64,000 nt of DNA from a virus (Duplodnaviria > Heunggongvirae > Uroviricota > Caudoviricetes). Position 1 is the first letter of the stretch, and each line of letters begins with the position of its first letter. The stretch lies in IMG/VR virus record IMGVR_UViG_3300043464_002177. One strand, given 5' to 3'. Below the pieces are notes generated by a model. The model was not told where the DNA came from and made no database searches. It saw nothing but the letters and a program-made list of their open reading frames with translations. The position numbers and the translations under genes were made by a program. This document shows positions 53,219-62,939 of the stretch, one piece after another.

Positions 53219-54474
53219 GTAAACCGTTTTTATTATTTAGAGGGCCAGTACAAACTAGAAGTGGGTATGGCGCGCATTCAAGAGACCTTTTACAGGCTCT
53301 GTATGAAATGAACACATATGACATTAAGATTGACAGTTGTGGCTGGGGATCAACCCCAATGACTGCGCTAGAAAAAAATAATGTTTTTCATAAATGGATA
53401 GAATCAAATATCATATCATCACTAACAACACAGCCAGATGTTTATGTTCAAGTAACTGTACCAAATGAATTTCAAAGAGTTGGTAAGATTAACATAGGTA
53501 TCACTGCTGGAATTGAAACAACCGTCGCACCTAAATCTTGGGTTGATGGTTGTAACAAAATGGATATGATCATTGCGACATCACAATTTTCTAGTGAGGT
53601 TTTAATGAGTACAGTTTACAATGAGACCGATAATGTTACAGGAAAATTAATTAAACAACATAAGATTGAAAAACCAATAAAGGTTCTTTTTGAAGGTGTT
53701 CATCCTGATACATTCAACAATGAATATAGTGATATCGATTTAAATATTAATGAAGATTTTGCTTTCCTTTTTGTTGGTCATTGGTTAAAAGGTAATTTAG
53801 GTCAAGACAGAAAAGATGTGGGTATGTTAATCAAGTGTTTTGTTGAGGCATTTAAAAATGAGGAAAACAAACCGGCATTGATTCTTAAAACTTCATCAGC
53901 AACTTTCTCAATAAAGCAAAGAGAAGATCTATCTAAAAAAATAAAAGAATTGGTTGGTGACATTGAAACACCGCCACCAATTTACCTATTGTTTGGAGAA
54001 TTAACAGATAAAGAAATGAACAATCTTTACAACCATTCTAAAATTAAAGCAATGATTTCTTTAACAAAGGGTGAAGGATTCGGTAGACCACTATTAGAAT
54101 TCACAATGACTGGCAAACCGGTTATTGCATCTAATTGGTCTGGACATAAAGATTTCTTACCAATGGATAAGGGAATCATGATTGGCGGTAAATTAAACGA
54201 AGTTGATGAAAGTGCTATTGATGATTTCATTTTAAAAGGTTCAAAGTGGTTCACCGCAAATTACAATGAAGCTGCTGAAGTTATGAAGATCGTAAAGAAT
54301 GATTACCAGAAATTTTTAGATCGTGCAGAAAATCTAAGAATTGAAAATTCGACTAAGTTTAGTTTCCAGAGAATGGTAGAAGAGTTTGAAAAATTGTTAC
54401 CGAAAACAGTTCCACAAGAAGAGTTACCAAAACAAAAGCCAATTAACTTACCTAAATTAAATAAAATAAAATAA
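53215..54474 (+). CDS. GT-B fold glycosyltransferase (group-1-like)
   Basis: GEGFGRPLLEFTMTGKPVIASNWSGHKDFL. Confidence 0.5.
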   Translation: MSKPFLLFRGPVQTRSGYGAHSRDLLQALYEMNTYDIKIDSCGWGSTPMTALEKNNVFHKWIESNIISSLTTQPDVYVQVTVPNEFQRVGKINIGITAGIETTVAPKSWVDGCNKMDMIIATSQFSSEVLMSTVYNETDNVTGKLIKQHKIEKPIKVLFEGVHPDTFNNEYSDIDLNINEDFAFLFVGHWLKGNLGQDRKDVGMLIKCFVEAFKNEENKPALILKTSSATFSIKQREDLSKKIKELVGDIETPPPIYLLFGELTDKEMNNLYNHSKIKAMISLTKGEGFGRPLLEFTMTGKPVIASNWSGHKDFLPMDKGIMIGGKLNEVDESAIDDFILKGSKWFTANYNEAAEVMKIVKNDYQKFLDRAENLRIENSTKFSFQRMVEEFEKLLPKTVPQEELPKQKPINLPKLNKIK

Positions 54475-54483
54475 AATGCCTAT

Positions 54484-55107
54484 ATGAAAATTAGTTTTGC
54501 GATCACAGTATGTAATGAGTTTGAAGAAATCAAACAGTTAGTACCATTCTTAATCGAGAACAAAAGAGTAAACGATGAAATTGTTATTCTATTTGATAAT
54601 AAAAATGGAGATGAAAGAGTCTTAAATTATTTGTTAGAATTTAATAAACTACCAAATGTGCAGACTTGGCAAAGCATGGATTTTAATAATGATTTTTCGG
54701 AATGGAAAAATAAATTAAACGAATATTGTACAGGTGATTATATTTTTCAATTAGATGCTGACGAATTAATAAGTGAGTATATGGTTAAAAATCTACATGA
54801 GATAATCGAAGCTAACGATGAGATTGACTTATTTTATGTCCCAAGAATCAATACAGTAAAGGGAATTACTGAAGAACATATTAGAAGATGGAGATGGAAT
54901 GTAGACGCCGATGGTAGAGTAAACTTCCCAGATTACCAGGGTAGAATTTATAAATCTAAATTAAAATGGGGTGGTAAGGTACATGAAAGAATAGTAGGGG
55001 CTAAATTTTATTCTCTATTACCAACAGAAGATATGTACTCGTTATCACACCACAAAACAATTAGTAGACAAGAAAAACAAAATGATTATTATGAAAACAT
55101 TAAATGA
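54484..55107 (+). CDS. GT-A fold glycosyltransferase-like protein
   Basis: ISFAITVCNE ... FQLDADELI (DxD). Confidence 0.4.
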   Translation: MKISFAITVCNEFEEIKQLVPFLIENKRVNDEIVILFDNKNGDERVLNYLLEFNKLPNVQTWQSMDFNNDFSEWKNKLNEYCTGDYIFQLDADELISEYMVKNLHEIIEANDEIDLFYVPRINTVKGITEEHIRRWRWNVDADGRVNFPDYQGRIYKSKLKWGGKVHERIVGAKFYSLLPTEDMYSLSHHKTISRQEKQNDYYENIK

Positions 55108-55633
55108 AATTTATCAAAATTATCAATCACCTGATGGTCACGGTGATAAGGGCACAGCGCACACATACATAGATGAATATGAAAGATTATTAGAACCATA
55201 TAGAAAGAATTCAATTGTTCTTGAAATTGGTTTATGTGAAGGCGAATCTTTGAGAATGTGGGAAGAATATTTTATTGATTCAAAAGTGATTGGTGTCGAT
55301 ATCACTAGCAAATATTTAAGTGAATTAATTAAGGAGTGTACACATCACATTATTATTGCTGATGCAACTAGAGAGAGTATAATAAATAAAATTGATGAGA
55401 AAACATTTGATGTTTTAATTGATGATGGTAGTCATCGTCTAGTAGATCAACTAAAAACATTTTTTATTTTTAAAAATAAGATTAACCCTGGTGGGATTTA
55501 TATTATTGAAGATATTGAGGATTTGGATAATGTAAAAAATATCTTCTTAGCACTTCACAATAACGTAGAAATTATCGATAATAGACATATAAAAGGTAGA
55601 CACGATGATGTGTTAATAGTATATAAATTTTAA
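55082..55633 (+). CDS. class I SAM-dependent methyltransferase
   Basis: VLEIGLCEGES (motif I), VIGVDIT, VLIDDGSH. Confidence 0.5.
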   Translation: MIIMKTLNEIYQNYQSPDGHGDKGTAHTYIDEYERLLEPYRKNSIVLEIGLCEGESLRMWEEYFIDSKVIGVDITSKYLSELIKECTHHIIIADATRESIINKIDEKTFDVLIDDGSHRLVDQLKTFFIFKNKINPGGIYIIEDIEDLDNVKNIFLALHNNVEIIDNRHIKGRHDDVLIVYKF

Positions 55634-55636
55634 ACT

Positions 55637-56632
55637 ATGAAAGTATTAATTACAGGTATTGCGGGGCTGCTAGGTTCCAGATTAACAGATTACATCATTG
55701 AAAATCATCCGGATGTTCATATTGTTGGTATTGATGATTTAAGCGGTGGTTATTATGAAAACATTAATCATAAAGTTCCAGAATTTAGAAGATTAAATTT
55801 GGTAACAGGTGATTTGGAAAGTTGTTTTGAGGAACATAAATTTGATTATGTATACCACTTTGCAGCATATGCTGCTGAAGGTTTATCACCTTTCATTAGA
55901 AAATACAATTATGAAAATAATTTAATTTCAACAACCAGGATTATTAATCAATGCATCAAACACGATGTTAAAAGATTAGTTTTCACATCTACTATGGCAG
56001 TTTATGGGCATGGTTATGGTGATGTCTTTGATGAAGCTCAAATCCCTTCACCAATTGATCCATATGGTATTGCTAAATACGCTTGTGAAATGGATATTAA
56101 AGTTGCTGGTGAACAACACGGGCTTGATTGGTGCATCATTAGACCACACAATGTTTATGGGATTAAACAAAACATATGGGATAAATACCGTAACGTATTA
56201 GGTATTTGGATGTATCAACATATGAACGGTGAACCAATGACAATATTTGGAGATGGTGAACAAAAAAGAGCGTTCAGTTATATTGATGATTGTTTAGAGG
56301 GATTATGGAAAGCATCACAACTTCCTGAATGTTCTAAAGAGATTATTAATTTAGGTGGTACTAAACACTATACCATAAACGAAGCAAATAAGATTTTGCG
56401 TGAAGTTATTAATGGTGGAGAGACTATCCACAAAGAACAAAGACATGAAGTTAAAACAGCAGTACCCACTTGGGCTAAATCTGTTAGACTACTTGGTTAT
56501 GAAGATAAAACATCTTTACATGATGGTTTAAAATCAATGTGGGAGTGGGCTCAACAGCAACCAAAGAGAGATAGATTCATATGGGATTCATATGAACTAG
56601 ATAAAGGAATTTATAGTTTTTGGAAAAAATAA
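55637..56632 (+). CDS. NAD-dependent sugar epimerase/dehydratase (extended SDR)
   Basis: VLITGIAGLLGSRL Rossmann motif; YGIAKYACE (YxxxK). Confidence 0.7.
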   Translation: MKVLITGIAGLLGSRLTDYIIENHPDVHIVGIDDLSGGYYENINHKVPEFRRLNLVTGDLESCFEEHKFDYVYHFAAYAAEGLSPFIRKYNYENNLISTTRIINQCIKHDVKRLVFTSTMAVYGHGYGDVFDEAQIPSPIDPYGIAKYACEMDIKVAGEQHGLDWCIIRPHNVYGIKQNIWDKYRNVLGIWMYQHMNGEPMTIFGDGEQKRAFSYIDDCLEGLWKASQLPECSKEIINLGGTKHYTINEANKILREVINGGETIHKEQRHEVKTAVPTWAKSVRLLGYEDKTSLHDGLKSMWEWAQQQPKRDRFIWDSYELDKGIYSFWKK

Positions 56633-56636
56633 GAAT

Positions 56637-57218
56637 ATGAAAAAAATAGAATTTATTATCCCAACTTATAACAGACCAGATAAATTAATGGTAATGTTAT
56701 CATCAATAAAAGCTCAATCCGTTGACTTATGGAAAGTGCATGTTGTTGCTGATGCAGTATATGACGGGTATCAAGAAATAAAAGATTACTTTAAAGATGA
56801 CGAGAGATTTAAATTCTCTGAATTAAATGGTCCACATAAAGATTGGGGTCACACAGCAAGAAACTATGGATTAGAAAGAGCTGAAGAAGAATGGGTAGTA
56901 ATGTCTGGTGATGACAATTATTATGTTCCTGTTTTTGTTGCAGAATTTTTAGATGCGGTAAAATTCAGAAAAGACGCAAACTTCGTTCATTGTAATTTAG
57001 TACACAACTGGCTAAACAATGATTATATTGGTTTAATGTCTAGACCTCAACTTAACGGTATTGATATCGGTAACTTTATGACAAAGACAAAATTCGCAAA
57101 ACAAATGAGATTAGATGTTACTAAAGTAGATGCTGATGGGTTATTTGTAGAAGAATATATAGACAAATTTAAAGGAGGTATCATTCACATTCAAAAAATA
57201 TTATATGTCCACAACTAA
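56637..57218 (+). CDS. family-2 glycosyltransferase
   Basis: EFIIPTYNRPDKLMVMLSSI; SGDDNYY. Confidence 0.5.
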   Translation: MKKIEFIIPTYNRPDKLMVMLSSIKAQSVDLWKVHVVADAVYDGYQEIKDYFKDDERFKFSELNGPHKDWGHTARNYGLERAEEEWVVMSGDDNYYVPVFVAEFLDAVKFRKDANFVHCNLVHNWLNNDYIGLMSRPQLNGIDIGNFMTKTKFAKQMRLDVTKVDADGLFVEEYIDKFKGGIIHIQKILYVHN

Positions 57219-57648
57219 TATTGAGGGACACATACCAATACCTAGAAAAAATTATAATAAAAAACCAACATTACTAATAATAAGCGGAGAATCAATGGTT
57301 GGTAAAACTACATTGTGTTTTTTACTAAAGGAGGTTAAAAAATCTTATTATGTTAGTCTTGATCAATTAACATTAGATGTAAATTTACCAATAAAAAGTA
57401 TTAACGATTTGGTTAGTAAATTTGGTAATGATTTTTCTGCCCGTTCCATTTTTTATTTTTGTGAACACGTTTTCAGGAATAAAATAATTTTTATAGATTA
57501 TTGTTTTAATTTAATATTAAATAAAAAACAAGAACTTTTTATCTTTGATGGGGTTTATTTTACAAATGAAGAGTTTTTAAATGAGTTTATCAAAAAATTT
57601 GAAGATGCCTATCACATATGGATCGTCAATAGACCAACAAAAAAATAA
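57205..57648 (+). CDS. P-loop NTPase (kinase-like)
   Basis: Walker A GESMVGKTT. Confidence 0.45.
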   Translation: MSTTNIEGHIPIPRKNYNKKPTLLIISGESMVGKTTLCFLLKEVKKSYYVSLDQLTLDVNLPIKSINDLVSKFGNDFSARSIFYFCEHVFRNKIIFIDYCFNLILNKKQELFIFDGVYFTNEEFLNEFIKKFEDAYHIWIVNRPTKK

Positions 57649-57651
57649 TAT

Positions 57652-58764
57652 ATGAATATAACATTTGTTCTTGCAGTATTAAATAAATTAGATTTAACCA
57701 AAGATTGTTATTCTAGAATAAGGGATCTTTACCCAGAAGCACCATTCGTTATAAGTAGTGGTGGTTCAACTGATGGCACAAAAGAATGGTTGTTAGAAAT
57801 GTCTGATAAAGATGAATACTTAACAATTTTTCACGATGACGATAGATTAACATTTTCTGAAACATACAATTCAGGAATTAAGATGGTCGATACTGAAAAA
57901 TTAGTTTTGATTCACAATGATATGATCATAGGTGAAGGGTTTTTAGAGGCTATAGATAGACTATTAACCCCAAACATGTTATTATCATATACAACAATAG
58001 AACCACCCATTTTTAAGGGACATAGAAGACCAGGTAAAGTATTAATAGATCTGGGCTCATCGTTTGCTGATTTTGATTACTTTAACTTTAATGCATATGT
58101 TACTGCGAATAATAATAACGACATTTTATATGATGGTGCAGTTTTCTTTATGAGTGGATATAAGAAGATGTTTGAAGAAGTCGGGTTTTTTGATGGGTTT
58201 AGTTTCGTTCCTTGTTTCTGTGAAGATGATGATTTTATTATTAGAGCTAAATTAAAAGGTTATGAATTAAAAACTTGTGAGTCTGCAATTGTTTATCATT
58301 TTGTTTCACAAACGTCTAGATTTAGTGATGAGTTTAAAAAAGACAGAATAATTCATGAAGTAGCATCTACTAGAAATTTCGTAAGAAAATGGGGGGTAAC
58401 AATATCGGTGTTTAACGAATTGCGTTATTGGGAAGAGAAAAATTTTAAGTACAATACATTTTCAATGGGCTTACTTACAAGAAACAAAAAGAGATTAATG
58501 GAGGTAGAACCATTTTTCGACAAAATAGATCTAGGGGAAATACCTGAAGATTATATTAACAATGAACAAAAGAGAACCAGATATGATATTAGAACTAAAT
58601 TTACATTAACAGATACTGTAGATGTACTTATCACTGAGGTTAGTGAATTTACGGATGAAGATATTAATACATTAAAACGATTAAGATTATCAATACCTTA
58701 CTATGAACCTGGTGAATATCATATAGGTAATATGTTAATACAAATAAAAAAGGAGCTTAATTAG
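57652..58764 (+). CDS. family-2 glycosyltransferase
   Basis: FVLAVLNKLDLT ... SSGGSTDGT; CEDDDF. Confidence 0.5.
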   Translation: MNITFVLAVLNKLDLTKDCYSRIRDLYPEAPFVISSGGSTDGTKEWLLEMSDKDEYLTIFHDDDRLTFSETYNSGIKMVDTEKLVLIHNDMIIGEGFLEAIDRLLTPNMLLSYTTIEPPIFKGHRRPGKVLIDLGSSFADFDYFNFNAYVTANNNNDILYDGAVFFMSGYKKMFEEVGFFDGFSFVPCFCEDDDFIIRAKLKGYELKTCESAIVYHFVSQTSRFSDEFKKDRIIHEVASTRNFVRKWGVTISVFNELRYWEEKNFKYNTFSMGLLTRNKKRLMEVEPFFDKIDLGEIPEDYINNEQKRTRYDIRTKFTLTDTVDVLITEVSEFTDEDINTLKRLRLSIPYYEPGEYHIGNMLIQIKKELN

Positions 58765-59236
58765 CTCCTTCTTTTTTTACTTCCTTTTTAATCAGTTTAA
58801 ATAACACCAGGTATTTGTCTTTTGTTTTCCCCGCGTCTTTTAAATCTTCTTTAGTAATTTCTGGATATTCAATTTCAATCTCTTGATTTAAAAGTGTACC
58901 ATATTCTTTATCGAATTCAACATATTTTGGGTTAACAACTTTCCCAGTTACATTACCCTCTTCGTCTTTTAATTCGTTGTACATTTTAACCATGACACTA
59001 CCATTAGGATCTTCTTCACCATGTTTTTTAATCAAATCATCTCTTAATGCTTCAACTTTACTTCTCTCACTTTTAAGTGTTGTTGAGAAATCGCTTAGTT
59101 CATATTTTAAAATGATTGATAGATTTTGCTTTGAAAATCCTTCATAAATCTGTTCACCAGACTGTGGGTCAATATAACCATTTATTTCACTTTCTAATTG
59201 TAGAACGTCACCTAGTTTTAATGTAATTTTGTCCAT
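58757..59236 (-). CDS. hypothetical protein
   Basis: ORF. Confidence 0.5.
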   Translation of the reverse strand: MDKITLKLGDVLQLESEINGYIDPQSGEQIYEGFSKQNLSIILKYELSDFSTTLKSERSKVEALRDDLIKKHGEEDPNGSVMVKMYNELKDEEGNVTGKVVNPKYVEFDKEYGTLLNQEIEIEYPEITKEDLKDAGKTKDKYLVLFKLIKKEVKKEGAN

Positions 59237-59287
59237 AAATTTAAATTATCTTTTATAATATATATGTTATTTTTAGAAAAGTAAACA

Positions 59288-60295
59288 CTAAATTATTGTC
59301 AAAAGTGCATAAGTTATCATAATTGAGATCCACACAATTAACGCTTTTAAATAGGTCATAAATCCGGTATGGAAATACCTTTGACCAATAGGTAAACACT
59401 TATGTGACGGTGAGATCAAATATGCTGAGTATTCTAATGTGAAGAACAGAACAAAATACTGCATACCAAACACACTTGTTAATAAGCTAACGATACTAGC
59501 ATACTTTGCTGACGACCCTAACATAAATGATGATAGGAAAGATATAACAGAAACCACTAGAATATATTCTGGTTTACTATATTGTTTGATATATGATTCT
59601 ATCACACCATAGTAAGAACCAACAAGGTTACCTAGAATGATCACTAATGCAACGATCCATATCAATTCCCAGTCAATATAACCCATTAGTTTATACCAAC
59701 TTTTAGAATAATATACTAACCATAGTGTAAACCCTGTAAAGAAACCAAAATAATATTCAGTAAGAAATACACACATTAGTATAGTAACCAAGAACGGTAT
59801 AACCACCATAGTAATGTTTTGCATATTAATTGGTTCGTCTTTAACTTCAATATCAATCTCATCATCATTTAATGATAAAATATAATATGTTACATATAAT
59901 ACAGATATTAAAAGCAACGGCCAGATATATGACATGAATTGCATATAAGTTAAACTCAACACAGCCATTGGAATAATAACAGTCTTCTCTAATGGTGACC
60001 ATAGATAATAGTGGTGTGTTGCTAGGTAATCAATGATACCAAACTTCTTACGTTTCTTATTATCAACAGGTGCAATACTGTTTAACATTGATGCCGATAA
60101 TGCAACACGCCCAGGGATAGGTAAGATACCACCAAATAGTGACACTAGGAATACCACCATTTTTTTAGACTTAACTTTTTGTTCAAGTAGTCTGAAAATG
60201 TCCATAAGGTATCCTCTTTCTTTGAGAATACCTGTTACGAACATAATGAATATTAAATAGACAAGGAACTCTTGTCCTTTGATTAGAATTGACAT
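59288..60295 (-). CDS. polytopic membrane protein (possible polysaccharide polymerase/ligase-type)
   Basis: About 9-10 hydrophobic helices; function inferred only from adjacency to glycosyltransferase cluster. Confidence 0.3.
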   Translation of the reverse strand: MSILIKGQEFLVYLIFIMFVTGILKERGYLMDIFRLLEQKVKSKKMVVFLVSLFGGILPIPGRVALSASMLNSIAPVDNKKRKKFGIIDYLATHHYYLWSPLEKTVIIPMAVLSLTYMQFMSYIWPLLLISVLYVTYYILSLNDDEIDIEVKDEPINMQNITMVVIPFLVTILMCVFLTEYYFGFFTGFTLWLVYYSKSWYKLMGYIDWELIWIVALVIILGNLVGSYYGVIESYIKQYSKPEYILVVSVISFLSSFMLGSSAKYASIVSLLTSVFGMQYFVLFFTLEYSAYLISPSHKCLPIGQRYFHTGFMTYLKALIVWISIMITYALLTII

Positions 60296-60297
60296 AA

Positions 60298-62073
60298 TTA
60301 AAAATTATATTTAAGGTTTAAATTAATACTTCTTGTTGGTAAATCAACTGACGATCCCCAAACTCTACTAGCATCATTGAATAAGTTATAAAACAACATA
60401 GTGTATTCTAAATTTTTATACTTTGTGGTGTATCCAATGTTCACCAATCTCACACCTTTATTGTGTAAAAATTGTCGAACATCATTTCTATCTGCAAATG
60501 ATAAAGATTGATCAATTGGTTGATATCTACCTTCCACCCATAGCTTATTATAATTTAGTTTGATGTAGCCAAAATATGGTACTGTTTTATCAACTGGTTC
60601 TGTTGTGGTTCCTGTTAATCTTTTAACACCATAAACATATTCTGCTCTAGCATTCACACCTAATTTAGTTCCAAACAAACTATCATTAAAATAACCTAAC
60701 GTTGCACCGTTTACCGAAACGCCACCAATGTTATCTGTCCTAAAGACGTTTGTCGATAGTACGGTTACATTAAATGCTTCATCTAATTCTTTAAAGTAAA
60801 CGTCTAAATATAAATTACTTCTTTTATAACCAAATCGATATGTTTGACCTCTCTCTTGTATTAAATCCGGGTTTGGTAATTGTGTACCTCTACCATTTGT
60901 CATTGCTTGTTTAATCATCAAATAACTTGGTGCGTTTAAGCTATTGTCATAACTTGCAAATAGACCTTTGTATCCAACAATTGCTGAATATTCAAAACCA
61001 TTAAATGGATCAATATCAGTTATTTGAACATTCTTTAATCCTAAGCTTGTATAAACTTTTACTTTACCAATTTCATTAATCCAACGAATACCATGCTTTG
61101 TTGTTTTGTAATCATCGTTTGATACCCCGCCAACTAAACCATTTTCATATCTGATTTTTTCGATTGTGTTTGTTGAATATATACTAAATGAATGTGGTAA
61201 TTGATATTCAAGATTTGCGGTATATGCGTCTAGGCGACTAGCAACTTTTTTTGTCCCATCTAAAATATCTTCTGCACTGTTTTGATACGCAAGGTTCACA
61301 CGTAGTCTGTTTAAATTCATCTCATGATTAACAAACAAATATCTTTGTAGTTCCCATGTATAAACCGCCGGTCTTTGATAACCAGAGCTTCTGAAGCCAC
61401 CATTCCATCTATCTGTTCTTTCTAAATCATTTGATTGTGAAAAAATTAAAGTTGTTTTTTGTGTTGAAGACCAGTTCGCTTCAGACACCAATGCTTTTTG
61501 ATTGTAAGCACTGTGTTGAAATGTACTATCAGGAGATATCACATTACCATAGTCAATGTTGTTAAACCCAATACCAAATTTCTTACCCTTATAAGATGCT
61601 GATTGGCTAAATCCATCCGTACCACCCACATAATTTAATCCAACATGTGATGATTGAACACCAACCTTTCTTTCGATTGTTCCACCAATATTACCACCAT
61701 CTGTAATAGAAATTAACTTTGTGAATTCTAGTGGAACCCATCCAAAATATTGGTTTGGTCCGGTTCTAAACAAACCGTTATTAACCCTAATACCATTAAT
61801 TGATTGGTCAACTTGATTACCAGTAAACGCCCCAACATATGGACTTAGTTGTCCTGGACTTGTTTCCTGAATTCGTGCAGAGTTCAAGTATACTTTCGGG
61901 TTTTTTATTACTTGTTGCACCTGATAGTTGGTGCCCCCAACAACAACAACTTCTTTCAATTCTATTGAAGCTGTGTCTTTTTGAATTGTACCGCTACTTT
62001 GTTGTCCAAATGACATAGTAGTAGTAAACAATAGTGCTAACATTAGCGATAGCATTGTGATTGTTTTTCTCAT
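60298..62073 (-). CDS. TonB-dependent-receptor-like outer-membrane beta-barrel protein
   Basis: Start at MRKTITMLSLMLALLFTTTMSFGQQ (signal peptide); plug-like region (VVVVGGTNY ... DGGNIGGTIER); alternating beta-strand pattern; C-terminal ...LKYNF aromatic terminus. Confidence 0.45.
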   Translation of the reverse strand: MRKTITMLSLMLALLFTTTMSFGQQSSGTIQKDTASIELKEVVVVGGTNYQVQQVIKNPKVYLNSARIQETSPGQLSPYVGAFTGNQVDQSINGIRVNNGLFRTGPNQYFGWVPLEFTKLISITDGGNIGGTIERKVGVQSSHVGLNYVGGTDGFSQSASYKGKKFGIGFNNIDYGNVISPDSTFQHSAYNQKALVSEANWSSTQKTTLIFSQSNDLERTDRWNGGFRSSGYQRPAVYTWELQRYLFVNHEMNLNRLRVNLAYQNSAEDILDGTKKVASRLDAYTANLEYQLPHSFSIYSTNTIEKIRYENGLVGGVSNDDYKTTKHGIRWINEIGKVKVYTSLGLKNVQITDIDPFNGFEYSAIVGYKGLFASYDNSLNAPSYLMIKQAMTNGRGTQLPNPDLIQERGQTYRFGYKRSNLYLDVYFKELDEAFNVTVLSTNVFRTDNIGGVSVNGATLGYFNDSLFGTKLGVNARAEYVYGVKRLTGTTTEPVDKTVPYFGYIKLNYNKLWVEGRYQPIDQSLSFADRNDVRQFLHNKGVRLVNIGYTTKYKNLEYTMLFYNLFNDASRVWGSSVDLPTRSINLNLKYNF

Positions 62074-62106
62074 TTTGTTTTTGTTTAAGAAAAATTTATA
62101 AAATTG

Positions 62107-62196
62107 CGGGGAGGAAGAGATTCGGACTCTCGATTGAATGTTAAGTCCAATAGCAGCTTCGGAGGCTGTCGGTTTAAACCACTCACCCACCTCCCC
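62107..62196 (-). tRNA. tRNA-like cloverleaf, 90 nt (anticodon-loop CUCCGAA suggests anticodon CCG; long variable arm)
   Basis: On - strand: 7-bp acceptor stem GGGGAGG/CCUCCCC; U8; D-arm with A14, GG, A21; anticodon stem CAGC/GCUG with loop C-U-CCG-A-A; 21-nt variable arm with 5-bp stem; T-arm GAGAG-UCCGAAU-CUCUU (G53, C56, A58, C61 conserved; C at 55); discriminator G; no encoded CCA. Confidence 0.35.
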
Positions 62197-62240
62197 TTGC
62201 AATCATATTATAATATAAACAAAAAATATCAGATATACAA

Positions 62241-62939
62241 CTATCTTTCAATTAAAAATATTCCAAGACCATTCCAAAAGTCAGTGCTATCCTCACCAGA
62301 TGTGAAGATTTCTCTATAATGACTAATAAATAAATTATTATCATTTATAAACTTATCAAAAGCACCACCGTTCCAATTCCAATCGTCCATGATAAGAATA
62401 GTTTGATTAGAAAATATGGGTAACATATTAGTTAATGCCACGTATTGATCATGAAATTTTGTTTCACCATCATAAAAAATAATGTCAACATTTGGTAAGG
62501 TACTAAAATCAAATGTTTGATAATCTGTTTTATATACTGAAGTTTTATTAACATTACCATGTTTTTTAACATTCAATAAAAATTCCTCCTGTGGTATTGT
62601 TTCAATATTATGTTTATAGTAGTTACCTATTTTTTGACTAACACCCTTTGGTGTTAAGTTAGGTGACATGAAGTTGTCAATACCTATTGCGTTAATATTA
62701 TTACTATATATTGCAGAACAAAAAGTGGCCCCTCTAAACACACCAACCTCTAGGTACGTTGTGCCATCAATGTTACAAATATTATTAAGAAAGGCTCTGA
62801 CTTTATTGCTGGTGATTCCATGTATATCTAAAATTTCTTGTGTTAATTTAGATACTTCAAGTTTACCCCATTCAATAGATTCATCTATATGTTTAACTAA
62901 GTCCATATGATTTCTTTTTGTGGTTAGCAACGACGTCAC
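62241..62939 (-). CDS. class I SAM-dependent methyltransferase-like protein
   Basis: YLEVGVFRGATF glycine-rich motif; IMDDWNW. Confidence 0.4.
   Translation of the reverse strand: MTSLLTTKRNHMDLVKHIDESIEWGKLEVSKLTQEILDIHGITSNKVRAFLNNICNIDGTTYLEVGVFRGATFCSAIYSNNINAIGIDNFMSPNLTPKGVSQKIGNYYKHNIETIPQEEFLLNVKKHGNVNKTSVYKTDYQTFDFSTLPNVDIIFYDGETKFHDQYVALTNMLPIFSNQTILIMDDWNWNGGAFDKFINDNNLFISHYREIFTSGEDSTDFWNGLGIFLIER

Noticed and set aside
62100-62200. Possible riboswitch (cobalamin/TPP) in the leader of the TonB-dependent-receptor-like gene
   Set aside because: I could find no B12-box or TPP-type conserved stretches; the element fits a tRNA cloverleaf much better than any riboswitch architecture I know
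62074-62202. N-terminal extension MQGEVGEWFKPTASEAAIGLNIQSRVRISSSPQFYKFFLNKNK of the track ORF 60298..62202
   Set aside because: The extension runs through the GC-rich cloverleaf; a canonical signal peptide begins at the internal Met (MRKTITMLSLMLALLF), so start reassigned to 62073
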